From Chiloscyllium plagiosum (taxonomy: Eukaryota), in NCBI RefSeq assembly GCF_004010195.1, contig NC_057751.1:4946098-4966097 (forward strand): DNA of 20,000 nt, in the 5' to 3' direction. Under the pieces are notes generated by a model. It was not told the origin of the DNA and ran no database searches. It was given only the letters and a program-made list of their open reading frames with translations. Below, one piece after another: positions 1 through 10,306 of this stretch. Position numbers and translations under genes: made by a program. The first letter of the stretch is position 1; each line of letters begins with the position of its first letter.

Positions 1-789
1 AACCCCATTTCTCTCAGGAACGACACTGCAAACAGCTTCTCATGAGGAAGCCCCTCCAATCCTCTTGGGCCCTCAGTGACTGAGTGAGCATTTCACATCT
101 TCCATCTGAAGTGAATCAAACAGGAGCCACAGGCATTTGACCCCTTTAAGCCTACCCTGTCATTCCCTCGGATCCTGCCTTTATGTACTGTATTCCACAT
201 TCCCGTCTCTCCCCTTCTGTTGGGAATTGAGCTCTGGTGCTGAGTGAGACTGAAGCACAGACCTTGAATGTGAGTGTACCCTTATAAGCATGCACTCCCT
301 CCCAGCTTGCTGAGCTGAAACCATCAAACTCTGTGCAGTGTCTCAATGTGCTACTGCGAGGTGTTTCAGCTCAGTCACCAAGCAAAGCCCCATCCACCCC
401 CTGCTTCACTTCCACATGGAGCTCCAGACCTGGATTTCCCTTCCTCTCTGAAGGTTAGATGTCCAGCAGGTTCATTTGAAAATTTATGCTCCACTTGTGT
501 TCCTACATTGAGTCAGAGCAAATATTAGATCCCAACTACTCCCCACACTTGGTCAGGCTGTGAGATGAGATCAATCTCATGTTCCCTGATCTGGGAGAGT
601 GCTTCCTTCCACTTTGAACTTCCTTCAGTTTCAGAGATCCGCACCTTCCGATGAACAACTGACCTTCAGATGAAAGCGTCTCCCTATTCCTCTCTCAGTC
701 CGAACTTATTGTGGAGGAATGACAATGAGGAAATACTGCACGCAATTCAGTTTGACGCAAACACGTCACAGAATCGCAGGGTTATTCCG

Positions 790-1350
790 GTACAGAATGA
801 GGCAACTCAGCCCATCAAGCCTACATCTGTCTTTTCCCTCACCCCAATCTGCCTTCCCCCCACCTCCATACTCCTGCACACTATCTCTGTCCAAATGACC
901 ATCTATTGTATACTTCCATTAAACCTGCCTCCAAGGTATCATCCCCTGCTAAAATAATGCTATTATTCTTACTTATTTTAATGTTATTATATCTGAGATC
1001 TCTCCACATATTTGTTCCTCAGTTTCCCACTGACCATTGGGTGGCCTATAGGATAATCCCAATAGTGATTCTCCCTTTCTTATTTCTGAGTTCCACCCAT
1101 GTAGCTTCACTGGACAATCCCCCAGAAATATCCCCTCTACAGTAATAATGTTTTCCCAAATCAAACATGCACTCACCGTCCTCTCTCGCCTCCTTTTCTA
1201 TCCTTCCAATCACTCCTAAACCCCTGGAACATTGAGCTGTCAATCCTATCCCTCCCTCAGCCATGTTTCTCCAATAGCTCTCTCCCAGTATCATCTTCCC
1301 ATACATGCCCTGAGTTCATCATCCGTGCCTGACAGACCTCTTGCAATGAG
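790..1350 (-). mobile_element. Degenerate CR1 LINE: ORF2 AP-endonuclease fragment (~975-1350) next to a CR1 3' end (~790-960)
   Basis: Frameshifted peptides DELRA, ETWLREG, QLNVPGF, WVELRNKKG, YRPPNGQ..EEQICGEI; tail motif gaggcaactcagcccatc. Confidence 0.8.
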
Positions 1351-1644
1351 AAGAAAGAGAAACTTTAAAAAAAGAGAAAATAAACCTACCTCGGCCGCAT
1401 TTCCAGACAGTCCATTCTAGATGTGAAATATTCACTGAGTGAGAAAGTTTTTTCTCCCATCCTCCTTGCTTCATGGGCACATCCATGCACCTGTTGTTCC
1501 TTACAGAAGTGTGGGAGGGGCAGCTTCTCTCCAGCTGCACTACCCAACCTGCTCCAGATTTTGAAACTCCCCACCAACCCCCTTCTATGGGGACAGCCTG
1601 GGCTTGTTTCTACTGGAGTTTCCGACTATGAGGGTGTGCCATTG

Positions 1645-1925
1645 ACGTGTAGGACAGTCTTGACAAGGTGGATATGGAAATGACGCTTCCCGGAGTCCAG
1701 AAGATGGGGACTCTGTTTCAGAGGCTGGGGTGGTCATTTCACGACAGAGATGAGGGAGGTTTGCAAGTCCCCGTCTCGGAAGACAGTTTGAAGCAGTGTT
1801 GCATTGATTCTGGTGAGGCGGGGGAGACAGAGTGTGGGTGGGGGAGCTGGAAAGGTGGAGTTGTGAACACATCCAGATCAGCCACAACCTGACTGGGTGA
1901 CACAGATGGTTTGAAGGGCAGATGG
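1645..1925 (+). mobile_element. Old CR1 3' fragment
   Basis: gacaaggtggatatggaaatg...ggggtggtcattt..acagagatgagg resembles the CR1 ORF2 C-terminus; heavily decayed. Confidence 0.55.
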
Positions 1926-2060
1926 TACACGTCTCCTATTTTGTACGTTCAAACATTAGGTCACTTCAATTGACGGGTCAAGAGAACTTGTCCAAACATT
2001 GAGTTTCATGCAGTTTTGTTTCACGAAACAATGGCACAGATTTGTGGGAGACTGGAATGG

Positions 2061-2191
2061 AGTCACTCAAAGAAGGGTTTGCACCTGAAATGTTGACTTC
2101 TCCACCTCCTGCTGCTGCCTGGCTTGCTGTGGTCTTCCAGCCTCCTGCTTGTCCACCTTGGATTCCAGCATCTGCAGGTTTGTTTGGTCTC
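2061..2191 (+). mobile_element. Penelope-like element terminal fragment with decayed hammerhead motif
   Basis: AGTC..aagaagggt..acctgaaatgttGACT followed by ...ttccagcatctgcag tail; closely similar to 5324-5420. Confidence 0.7.
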
Positions 2192-2910
2192 ACTCCAAGC
2201 TGGAGCCCTTGAAGAACCCACACATTGAGGAAACTGGAGGGTACTCGCTGATGGCTGGATAGAGCCTCCCCTCCACACTTCCTTGTGGAAACGGTTTTCC
2301 TGGGGTTGCTGATTGGGACCGAGCTGGTTGGGTCTTGTCAACCCGTGTTGGCTCTGCTGCTGCCTTGGGTCTAGAATTAGTTCTGGTGATGACAGCTGTG
2401 CTGAAGCTTTGGCTCAGGAGGTGGGGCTCTGGGCCAACTGGAAGCAGCATCTTCTGTGTCTGACATTGGCTAGCTTTCTCTATCTAGGCACAGCAAATCA
2501 TCTTGGGCCAGCAACTGCCCGAAAGATGCAAAGATTACAGCCTGTGCTGACAGAGAGCTACCCCTTACAGCATGTTACTCAAACCATGATAGGCAGGCCA
2601 GTCCTTGGGAGCTGCTGTCTCAGACCTAGTCAACCCTCTTTGTAAAACGACCAGGCCATCCAAGGAGTCTAGGTTTAATCAGTGCCGAGTGGAGTTGGCA
2701 TAGGCTGTGCTCAAGAGAAAGAGAGAGGCGGAGTTCAAAGCACAGCTCATGTTTCCAGCTAATCATAGGAACAGACAGGGCCTTAAGTATCACTGTTCCC
2801 GTGCAGATCAGCTTTCCAGCATCTGTAACTAAAACTCAATTTTTGTCTGTTGCTGCATCACTCCTATTGCTCAGGGGGATGAACAAATCCACTGGGATTT
2901 GCAGATTTAA

Positions 2911-3272
2911 GGGAACATAGGAACAGGAGGAGGCCATTCAATAAGATCATGGCTTGGTCTGTGGCCTAACTCCACAAACCTGCCTTTGACCCGTTTCCCT
3001 TCATAGTTTTGTTTGACAAAAATGTATTTGTCTCACAATTTAAAATTCCCAACTGATCCAGCATCTACTGCCGTCTGTGGAAGAGAGTTCCAAATATCTC
3101 CCACCCTTTGTGTGTAGAAGTGCTTCCTGACATCTCTCCTGAACAGCCTGGCTCTCATTCTCATACTGTGTCCTCTAACTCTCGAATCCCCAGCCAGTGG
3201 AAATCATTTTATCTCCCCTGTTTATCGCTGCCTGTTAATACCGTGATTACTTTGATTGGATCACCCTTAACT
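2911..3272 (-). mobile_element. CR1 LINE 3' end
   Basis: cataggaacaggaggaggccattc tail, gagagttccaaa...agaagtgcttcctgacatc, gatcacccttaac. Confidence 0.8.
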
Positions 3273-3349
3273 TTGTACGTTGGCAAGATGATGTATGATA
3301 GAGACTGGGATGCTTGAGTGATTTTCTTGACCTTCTGCCCACCTTGTAG

Positions 3350-3465
3350 GCACTACCACAGCATGGAGGTGTTCACCACTTACGATCTCCTGATGCTGAA
3401 TGGAACACGGGTTGCTGAGGGACACAAGGCCAGTTTCTGTCTCGAGGATACTCAGTGTGACTCAG
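3350..3465 (+). CDS. LOXL2: Lysyl oxidase-like catalytic-domain exon (R)[42 protein letters not shown]2/3/4 subfamily, closest to LOXL2
   Basis: Acceptor ccttgtAG, donor GTACTG, 116 nt. Contains Cu-ligand HYH, NGT glycosylation site and [10 protein letters not shown] with the LTQ lysine (AAG 3426-3428). HSMEVF...DLLxLNGT fits LOXL2 best. Family certain, paralog less so. Confidence 0.85.
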
Positions 3466-3569
3466 GTACTGTACTCCACCCTCTCCCAGGATTTCCTCTC
3501 CCGCAGCTCTTCTGGCAATGGGAGCACACTAAATGAAGGGTTTTTCGAAGCGTCTTCGGTGATGCCACA

Positions 3570-4069
3570 NNNNNNNNNNNNNNNNNNNNNNNNNNNNNNN
3601 NNNNNNNNNNNNNNNNNNNNNNNNNNNNNNNNNNNNNNNNNNNNNNNNNNNNNNNNNNNNNNNNNNNNNNNNNNNNNNNNNNNNNNNNNNNNNNNNNNNN
3701 NNNNNNNNNNNNNNNNNNNNNNNNNNNNNNNNNNNNNNNNNNNNNNNNNNNNNNNNNNNNNNNNNNNNNNNNNNNNNNNNNNNNNNNNNNNNNNNNNNNN
3801 NNNNNNNNNNNNNNNNNNNNNNNNNNNNNNNNNNNNNNNNNNNNNNNNNNNNNNNNNNNNNNNNNNNNNNNNNNNNNNNNNNNNNNNNNNNNNNNNNNNN
3901 NNNNNNNNNNNNNNNNNNNNNNNNNNNNNNNNNNNNNNNNNNNNNNNNNNNNNNNNNNNNNNNNNNNNNNNNNNNNNNNNNNNNNNNNNNNNNNNNNNNN
4001 NNNNNNNNNNNNNNNNNNNNNNNNNNNNNNNNNNNNNNNNNNNNNNNNNNNNNNNNNNNNNNNNNNNNN
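3570..4069. other. Assembly gap, exactly 500 N
   Basis: N run. The round length suggests a scaffolding join of unknown true size. Confidence 0.98.
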
Positions 4070-4677
4070 TTAGAGCGTTTGGATGAGATCTGAAAGGTGT
4101 TGAGTTCAAGTCCCAGGCAGTGCCTTAGCAATAGTCTCAGGTAGGAAAGGTTAGCTGTAATTTAATTCAGGGTGATAGTGAACTGATTGCTGAGTAAGAT
4201 CAAGTGCAAACTCCGTGATAACTGTAGGGAGTGCCACCAGAGGCTGCTGGGTTTTACAGCTCGAAACAAAACAAAACCCCAAAAATATAAACAACCTTAT
4301 ACATCTGTGGTGGGATTTGAACCCAAACTCTGTCTATTCACAAGTCCATTACTTTTCCTCTGTGCTACCAGTATTTTCACACTCACTAAGCTTTGGGGAG
4401 TAAACTTATCATTTGATTAAGTAACACAGCTCTCTACAGCAGATATATAAATTCAGAGACATCCCCAAACCTCCAGGGTCCACATGGACACACCTGGTAA
4501 GAGTAAGGTGCTTGGAGGAGTACATGCTGAGAGACACTGGTTCAAAACTGGACTACACTTTTTACAATTTAATTGTTTACAACAACCAGAATTAATCCGA
4601 GAATAAAGCAGTTTGCAAGTTCACCATCTTCAGTCCTCGTGCATTGACAACCCTCCTGCCAGAGGAATCCTATCACA
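4070..4677 (+). mobile_element. Possible solo LTR or repeat with tRNA-like segments
   Basis: TATATAAA 4444-4451, AATAAA 4602-4607, candidate end ATCACA at 4677; B-box-like gagttcaagtccc and gggatttgaaccc. 5' end lost in the gap. Confidence 0.35.
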
Positions 4678-5019
4678 CAGAGTGTCATTCCTCAGTACCC
4701 GTCTCACCCAATGCAACAACTGGGAAGGGGCTTCTCATTTCTTGGGCACTGTCCACTGCAACATCTGTCTCTCTCTCACCGGTCCAATTCAGGATCATTT
4801 TGAATTTCCAAGTGCTGAGCAGCCTCTCATTGGGTTCTACAAGCCTCTCCATGATAGATGGAGTGAAGCACCATCCTGTGTTTGCTGTGTATATCCACTT
4901 AACTAATTCCACCCCCACCGACCCTCATGTCACATTACATCTTCTGTGCCCCCTGCTTGTTACACTTTGCAAATTGAGACATTTGACAAAAATTGCTTCA
5001 TACAATTTTCTAAATGGCC

Positions 5020-5190
5020 AGCTTCTCCCTCCTCAACAATCAATTCCAGTGTTTTCCTGTGGCTTCACATCTCCTGCTTTCTTGAACAGAGAAAGTGGCA
5101 CATTCGACTTGTCAGAATCTGGGGAGTTCTGGAAGCTGATTACTCATGCAGCCAATCTCCAGAGCCACTTCTGCCCATTCTGGGGGGAGC
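5020..5190 (-). mobile_element. CR1 RT-region fragment
   Basis: gagttctggaagctgattactcatgcagcc...gccacttc resembles antisense CR1 sequence upstream of RT domain 1. Confidence 0.45.
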
Positions 5191-5199
5191 TGCAGATGA

Positions 5200-5420
5200 A
5201 GGAGGGGGATGGGTTTAGGTGGGGAATGCGGTGGAATGATCAGCTAGTGATAGGTGTATACAGATACTGGGTCCGACCTGATTGGTCAATGGGAGGGATG
5301 AATCAGTAGCTACCCCCACCCCCAGTCCTGAAGAAGGGTGACTTCTGAAATGTTGACTTCTCCAGCTCCTGCTGCTGCCTGGCTTGCTGTGTTCTTCCAG
5401 CCTCCTGCCTGTCTACTCTT
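5200..5420. mobile_element. Penelope-like pLTR remnant (inverted segment plus forward segment with hammerhead motif 5324-5358)
   Basis: AGTC-CTGAAGAA-GGGT..TTCT-GAAATGTT-GACT; G-rich antisense pLTR-like segment to its left. Confidence 0.65.
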
Positions 5421-5539
5421 TATGTTAGATCCTCTGCTTTCATCCTGAAACTCTCCCACATGCAAACATGATCTCCCTTAGTCTCTTGGAGGTTCAGTCT
5501 GGAACCTACACTAACAATCTGGTCAGCAGACTCTACTCA

Positions 5540-5890
5540 GTTGAAGTGAATTATATTTTGATGGGACATGACAGAGTAGGTGCAGGAAGGCTGTTTTCCC
5601 CTGGCAGATCACAGTCTGGGACCAGGGTCACTATCTCCCAAATAGCAACAAGCCATTTGGCACGGAGAGAGGGAGAAACTCTTCACTCAGACAGCTGAAT
5701 CATGGGAATGGTCTATCCCAGAGAGTTGTGGGAGCTCAGCCATTGACAGAATGATCAACAGGAAACAACACCGGTCAACCCTTGTAAAAACACCAAGGAC
5801 TAAAGGAGAGAGTACAGGAAACTGCTCTGAGGGATAAGATCAGCCAAGTGTTGGTACAGGGTGCGAATGGTCTTCACCTTTCTCTACCTT
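5540..5890 (+). mobile_element. CR1 LINE 3' end, decayed
   Basis: ILMGHDRVGAGRLF peptide; ttcactcaga...cccagagagttgtgggagctcag; gatcagcc...gaatggtct tail. Confidence 0.7.
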
Positions 5891-5968
5891 CCTGTAAAAC
5901 AGCTGATGGGTCATATTCCCTTCTCCTTCCACAGACCTCTCTGGGAAATAGGGCTAGTCACTAGAGAA

Positions 5969-6256
5969 GAAAGTGAAGTCTGCAGATGCTGGAGATCAGA
6001 GATGGAAATGTGTTGCTGGAAAAGCGCAGGTCAGGCAGCATCTAGGGAACAGGAGAATCGACGTTTCGGGCATTAGCCCTTCTTCAGGAATGAGGAAAGT
6101 TGGTCCAGCAGGCTAAGATAAAAGATAGGGATCTTAGCCTGCTGGACCAACTTTCCTCATTCCTGAAGAAGGGCTAATGCCCGAAACGTTGATTCTCCTG
6201 TTCCCTAGATGCTGCCTGACCTGCTGCGCTTTTCCAGCAACACATTTCCATCTCTC
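5969..6256. mobile_element. Palindromic Penelope-like insertion with 12-bp TSD GTCACTAGAGAA (5957-5968, 6257-6268)
   Basis: Arms 5998-6119 and 6131-6255 are reverse complements apart from 1 substitution and one 3-nt indel; 11-nt loop; each arm has a hammerhead core. Confidence 0.9.
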
Positions 6257-6514
6257 GTCACTAGAGAACCAAAATACTGTCATTCTCTCTATCTCTCTAC
6301 CCACTCAAACCTGAAGCTCAGCTATCAGTGGCTGTCTTCCTTTCTGAACACAAAATCTGCCCAGCAGGGGTCAGGAAAAGAAGAAACAAATCGAAGAAAC
6401 AAATCCAAGTTATTCTGAAGCCTGTGACATCTCGCGAGACAAGGGAAGTCAGTGCACGGAACATACGACCTTGTCCCCTCCAAGCCGTTAACCATCCTGA
6501 TGAAAAAATACAAT

Positions 6515-6695
6515 TGTCATTGTTTCACTGTCACTGAGTCAAAAACTACATCACTAACTGCATAGTTTGTCCACCTCCAGTATGTAGACTGTGCTGGTTC
6601 AAGAAGGCAGCTCACCCCCCACCTTCTCAAGGGGCAACTAGGGACAGGCAATAAGTGCTGGGCCCAGCCAGCAGTGCACAAGTCCCATGAGGGAT
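6515..6695 (+). mobile_element. LINE (CR1-group) 3' end common in sharks
   Basis: ttcaagaaggcagctcacc..caccttctcaagg.gcaactaggga.aggcaataa.tgctgg.cccagccagc motif. Confidence 0.7.
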
Positions 6696-7065
6696 TTTAT
6701 TTAAAAAGGTCTCGTCTTGAAGGATTTAGACTTCCCCTCGTTCTTTTGTGGTTCCAAACCAACAAGTCCCTCCCCTGGAGCACTGTGGGCCTGCAAACGC
6801 ACACACATTTGCATCAGAACATCAACCGTGCTAACAGCTTGTCGAATGAAATATTGCTGCTATTTTTCAAATCCTTGTTCTAAGCTGGGTGTGAACAAGT
6901 TGGTCTGTGTGCAGTGCAGGGACTCGGTAATCTCGTTACAAAACTGGAGACAAATTGATGCTCAAAATCACAAAACTGTACCAAGGACTGGGCAGTTTCA
7001 CATTTCAGTCTCACTCCAACATACAGCAAATGAAAACACCAAGGCAGCACATTTGTTAGACTCAG

Positions 7066-7071
7066 TTTAAT
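7066..7071 (-). terminator. Candidate polyadenylation signal ATTAAA
   Basis: Minus-strand ATTAAA preceded by AU-rich sequence and followed ~20-45 nt later by a GU/U-rich element (TGGTGTTTTCATTTGCTGTATGTTG). Confidence 0.45.
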
Positions 7072-8109
7072 TCCATCTTTCTTTTTAAAAAATAGCTGAG
7101 ATGTTTTAAAACTCCGAATGTATGTTAGGTCATGAAATATTGCGACAGAAAAATATATCTATTTCTTACAGTCTGCTTCAAGTTCGGGTTGAACACTGAT
7201 GGGAAGGCGATGCTGTGTCCTGGGAAGCAGGGTGGTGCTCACAAAAGGGGATTTGCCGGGCGTTAGGAAGAAAGGGATCAAGCACCTGGGAACTGTGGGC
7301 ATCTTGCAGAAACCTTGTCAGGATGGGTAAGGAGTCAGGGTGTGGAGTGTGTGGGGGGTGCACACTTCCTTGGGCCAGCTGACCTGTGATGCTGAGTCTG
7401 TTGGCAGACTGCCTGGAGCTTTGACTCCACAACCTCAGGGAATAAGTTAATACACCACAGCACCCCACCTTTCCCGCTGAACAACAGGATCCTGGCTGAT
7501 CTGACAGACCGAGAATCTCTCTACCCAGTCTTAAATATACACCACCAGCCAAATTTTCATCAAATCAGAAATATCAACAATTGAAAGGAGAACACAGCAA
7601 AAAAAAACCTTTTTTTGTACTCAAGTTGAGGTCATTTTTTGATTACACGGCATTCACTGAGAAATACAGAAGCAGGTATGGGCCATTCGGCCCTTTGGAC
7701 CAGAGACGGCCAAATGGGTGGAATTTTGGAGCAATTGGATCTGACTGACTGGGAATACGGAGTGCAGTCAGCCATTGTGGAGAATGGGAGTTATCCCTAA
7801 CCTATTCCAAACCTCCTCCATGGAATTTCATCACATGAACACATGCTTCCTGAATGACAGCACTGTTGTGGCCCTATGCGGTCTCCCTTCCAGATCACCA
7901 ACTCAGCTCGCAACTCAGAGACTGCCTTCAGTTACAACATCCTGTCCCTGAGGCTCAACATGGTCAGTCAGGTGAGGGGACCAATGGGACACTGCAAAAG
8001 CTGCACCTCAGTCATGTGCAGGATTCCCTCTGTTCATTAATGTTACTCTCACACACCTCCCCCACTGCCTCCGTCCACTCCACCCCAGCCTACACAGGGA
8101 GGAGGGGCA

Positions 8110-8300
8110 TTCAGTTGGCTGGATGGCTGGTTTCCGATGCAGAGTGACACCAACGGCTCGTTCGATTCCCACCTCGGCTGAAGTTATCATGGAGGTCTCT
8201 GATTCTTAATCTACACCTTCCTTCCGGAGGCATCATGATCTCCACCAGTCTCCCCTCTCTCGGAGAGCAGCCCCATGCTAACAGGATGGAGACTTCACCT
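8110..8300 (+). mobile_element. tRNA-derived SINE, antisense within the putative RASSF2 3'UTR
   Basis: tcagttggctggatggctggttt..gatgcagagtga..ccaac..gttcgattccc (B-box) ...gagagcagccc.atg. Confidence 0.65.
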
Positions 8301-9088
8301 TGTTTCGAGTGTAGCATCGCTTCTGTGCTGTGACTGAAGAGGATTCTTCCCCCTGCCCCACACCAGGATCACTACCACCACGTACACTTTCACTCCTTGT
8401 GTGTCAGGGTTTGAGTATGACATTAGGCATCTGTGAGTGGAGATGTGTTGGAATATTCTGGGACTCCCATTCCCAGTCTGCTCCAGTTCACCGATCCGGC
8501 AAAAATGGGAGAGCTCGACAATAGGAGATGCCAACATGGAGGCAAGAGGAGGAGGAATTCTGCTCTCCTGAACCTCAACCTTGACTGGGAAATGCCGAGG
8601 GGGGTGGGGACGAACCTGCCAGGGCCCATCAGTGGGGACTGGTCATTTGTGGACAGGACCAACAGGCTGAGAGGGAACAGTGCAAAGCTGGTCTAGCCTC
8701 TATGTGACTCCAGGCATCAGGTTCCTGGTTCAACTAGCCTCCCCCCCCACTCCAACCTCTGCAAATGTTCACGGGACAGAACAAAGGGCTGTGGGGTGGA
8801 TGGGAGAAGAGGAGGATTTGGTTCATTGGCTGGATTTATTGGAGTGTTTCTGAAGATAAAGCATCCCTTCCCAAAGAGCACAGGACAACCCCCATTTAGG
8901 AACCTCCACACCCACCCACTCACCCACCTCCCAGCTCCTGACAGCTGACAGTTTGGGAGGTGCCAAGGTCCCACTCCACAGGAGCTTGACAAGTGCATAG
9001 TCATGGCATTGTCACCCAATACCAACATCCGAAAGAGTGCCCACATCTAAATGTCTTGTGCCATTTGTTCTACCCGCTGTGCCAGGCT

Positions 9089-9158
9089 TCAAATCTGTGC
9101 CCAGGACTCTGTTAACTCTTGTACTCGCGTCTCCAGAACAGCACGCATGACTGAATAC
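9089..9158 (-). CDS. RASSF2: RASSF2 terminal coding exon YSVMRAVLETRVQELTESWAQI*
   Basis: Acceptor ctctgcAG, 70 nt to TGA (9089-9091). Aligns to human YTVLRLMIRQRLEEIAETPATI*. The eight exons sum to 849 nt = 283 codons including the stop. Confidence 0.92.
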
Positions 9159-9201
9159 CTGCAGAGACAAACACCATCATGTCTTATTGTCCATCCTCAA
9201 T

Positions 9202-9389
9202 GACAGTGTGGCACTCCCTCAGTACTGCCCCAGGGAAGGGGGGGGGGGGGTTCAGCAGTGGGATATAATACAGTTATCAGCGTCAGGGACAGTGTGGCAC
9301 TCCCTCAGTACCACCCCAGAGAAGGGGGCTTCAGCAGTGGGATATAATACACAGCTATCAGGGATAGTGTGGCACTCCCTCAGTACTGC
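9202..9389. repeat. Tandem repeat, ~2.3 copies of a 75-86 bp unit
   Basis: ga(c/t)agtgtggcactccctcagtac at 9202, 9288 and 9363; ttcagcagtgggatataataca occurs twice. Confidence 0.9.
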
Positions 9390-9642
9390 ATTACAATTTC
9401 CTGTGTAAACGAGTCATGCTGCTGTTACAAACACATTCAAAGAAGTAACGTCAGGGAGATGTATTACAAATTACTGAGTAATTCTCTCAATTAACCCAAT
9501 GGTCAGAGCTCTGACCAAAGTTCAAGTCGTCGCGGTTCAGGTGTTAGTTCTCTGACCTGGACTCCCTTCGTGTCCCACTCTTCCCTCGGCCCAACAATTG
9601 AAACTCACAAAAAATGTGAAACAGACCGGGACAAGAACTCAC

Positions 9643-9740
9643 TTGCGTGTTAATTTCTTCACCTCTCGATCTTCCTCTTCCTTCAGTTTGACAATGAAAC
9701 TCTGCAGCACTGGCATTTCAAACTTGATATACTGGGCAAC
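9643..9740 (-). CDS. RASSF2: RASSF2 coding exon, SARAH domain [32 protein letters not shown](K)
   Basis: Acceptor ggccAG, donor GTGAGT, 98 nt. Translated by hand; SARAH coiled-coil signature. Confidence 0.96.
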
Positions 9741-10306
9741 CTGGCCAAAGGAGAGAGAGAAATACCTGAAGCATCAGTTGTCCTGAAGCAAGCCAGTGAT
9801 TTCACTCTGAAAACACTGGGGACAGAAGCAAGGGAGAGCCATTAGAAACAACTGTTTGGCCCTGCACGAGACACTTATTCCCCTCCTTACTTCCGGCACT
9901 TCCAGCTCGGATCCAATAGGGAAGATGGATCCTGTTTTCATCAATCTTAGATGTGTTGGTGTACGCATTTCTGATTAGAATGGAAAATTCCCATATAAAC
10001 ATGTCACATTGTAATGATACCCTCCTGCCTGTGGTGGCATTGCAGCACCTTAGCTATGCCTTTCCTTGCCCATTCTCCTGCCTCCAATTCTCCACTTGAT
10101 GTCAGTTATTCCCAGTTAACTATAGTATGGTTACAACACCAAAGGAAAGGCTTCAACCCTGAATCTCCAGAACATGACCTGTGTTTAAGGATTAATAGTC
10201 TAGCGATAATATTACACAGCCATCATCTCCTCTTATTGGGTCTTAGACATGACTTGTTTCCTTCATCCATCATGAGTCTCCTACAGCCCCTGTCAATTGG
10301 TTAAAC

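Larger units (their letters stand above)
7045..9088 (-). other. RASSF2: Probable RASSF2 3'UTR (extent inferred)
   Basis: Follows the stop codon, becomes AU-rich near 7070-7170 and ends at a candidate polyA signal. No transcript evidence. Confidence 0.45.

Noticed and set aside
670..957. ORF or exon-like stretch after ctctctcAG in the LOXL intron
   Set aside because: Does not match the expected upstream LOXL exon (APDLV..LLRFSSQIHNNG..WHxCH), has no good donor and runs into a CR1 tail.
1978..2645. Gly/Gln/Ala-rich ORFs considered as prion-like, given RASSF2 synteny
   Set aside because: The QGGQAGGW peptide is the antisense translation of a PLE tail. There is no signal peptide, repeat region, AGAAAAGA-type core or GPI signal.
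3400..4131. Long 200-228 aa ORFs spanning 3400-4131
   Set aside because: Artefacts of reading through the N gap.
4644..5309. 221-aa plus-strand ORF
   Set aside because: No recognisable domain; it runs across antisense CR1 and PLE remnants.
5998..6255. Hairpin as pre-miRNA, DNA-transposon MITE or assembly fold-back
   Set aside because: The arms are PLE terminus sequence. A 12-bp TSD, an asymmetric tail and two arm differences favour a real retroelement insertion.
9202..9389. Three ~25-bp repeats with spacers, superficially CRISPR-like
   Set aside because: The spacers are homologous to each other, the context is a vertebrate intron and there are no cas genes; it is a simple tandem repeat.
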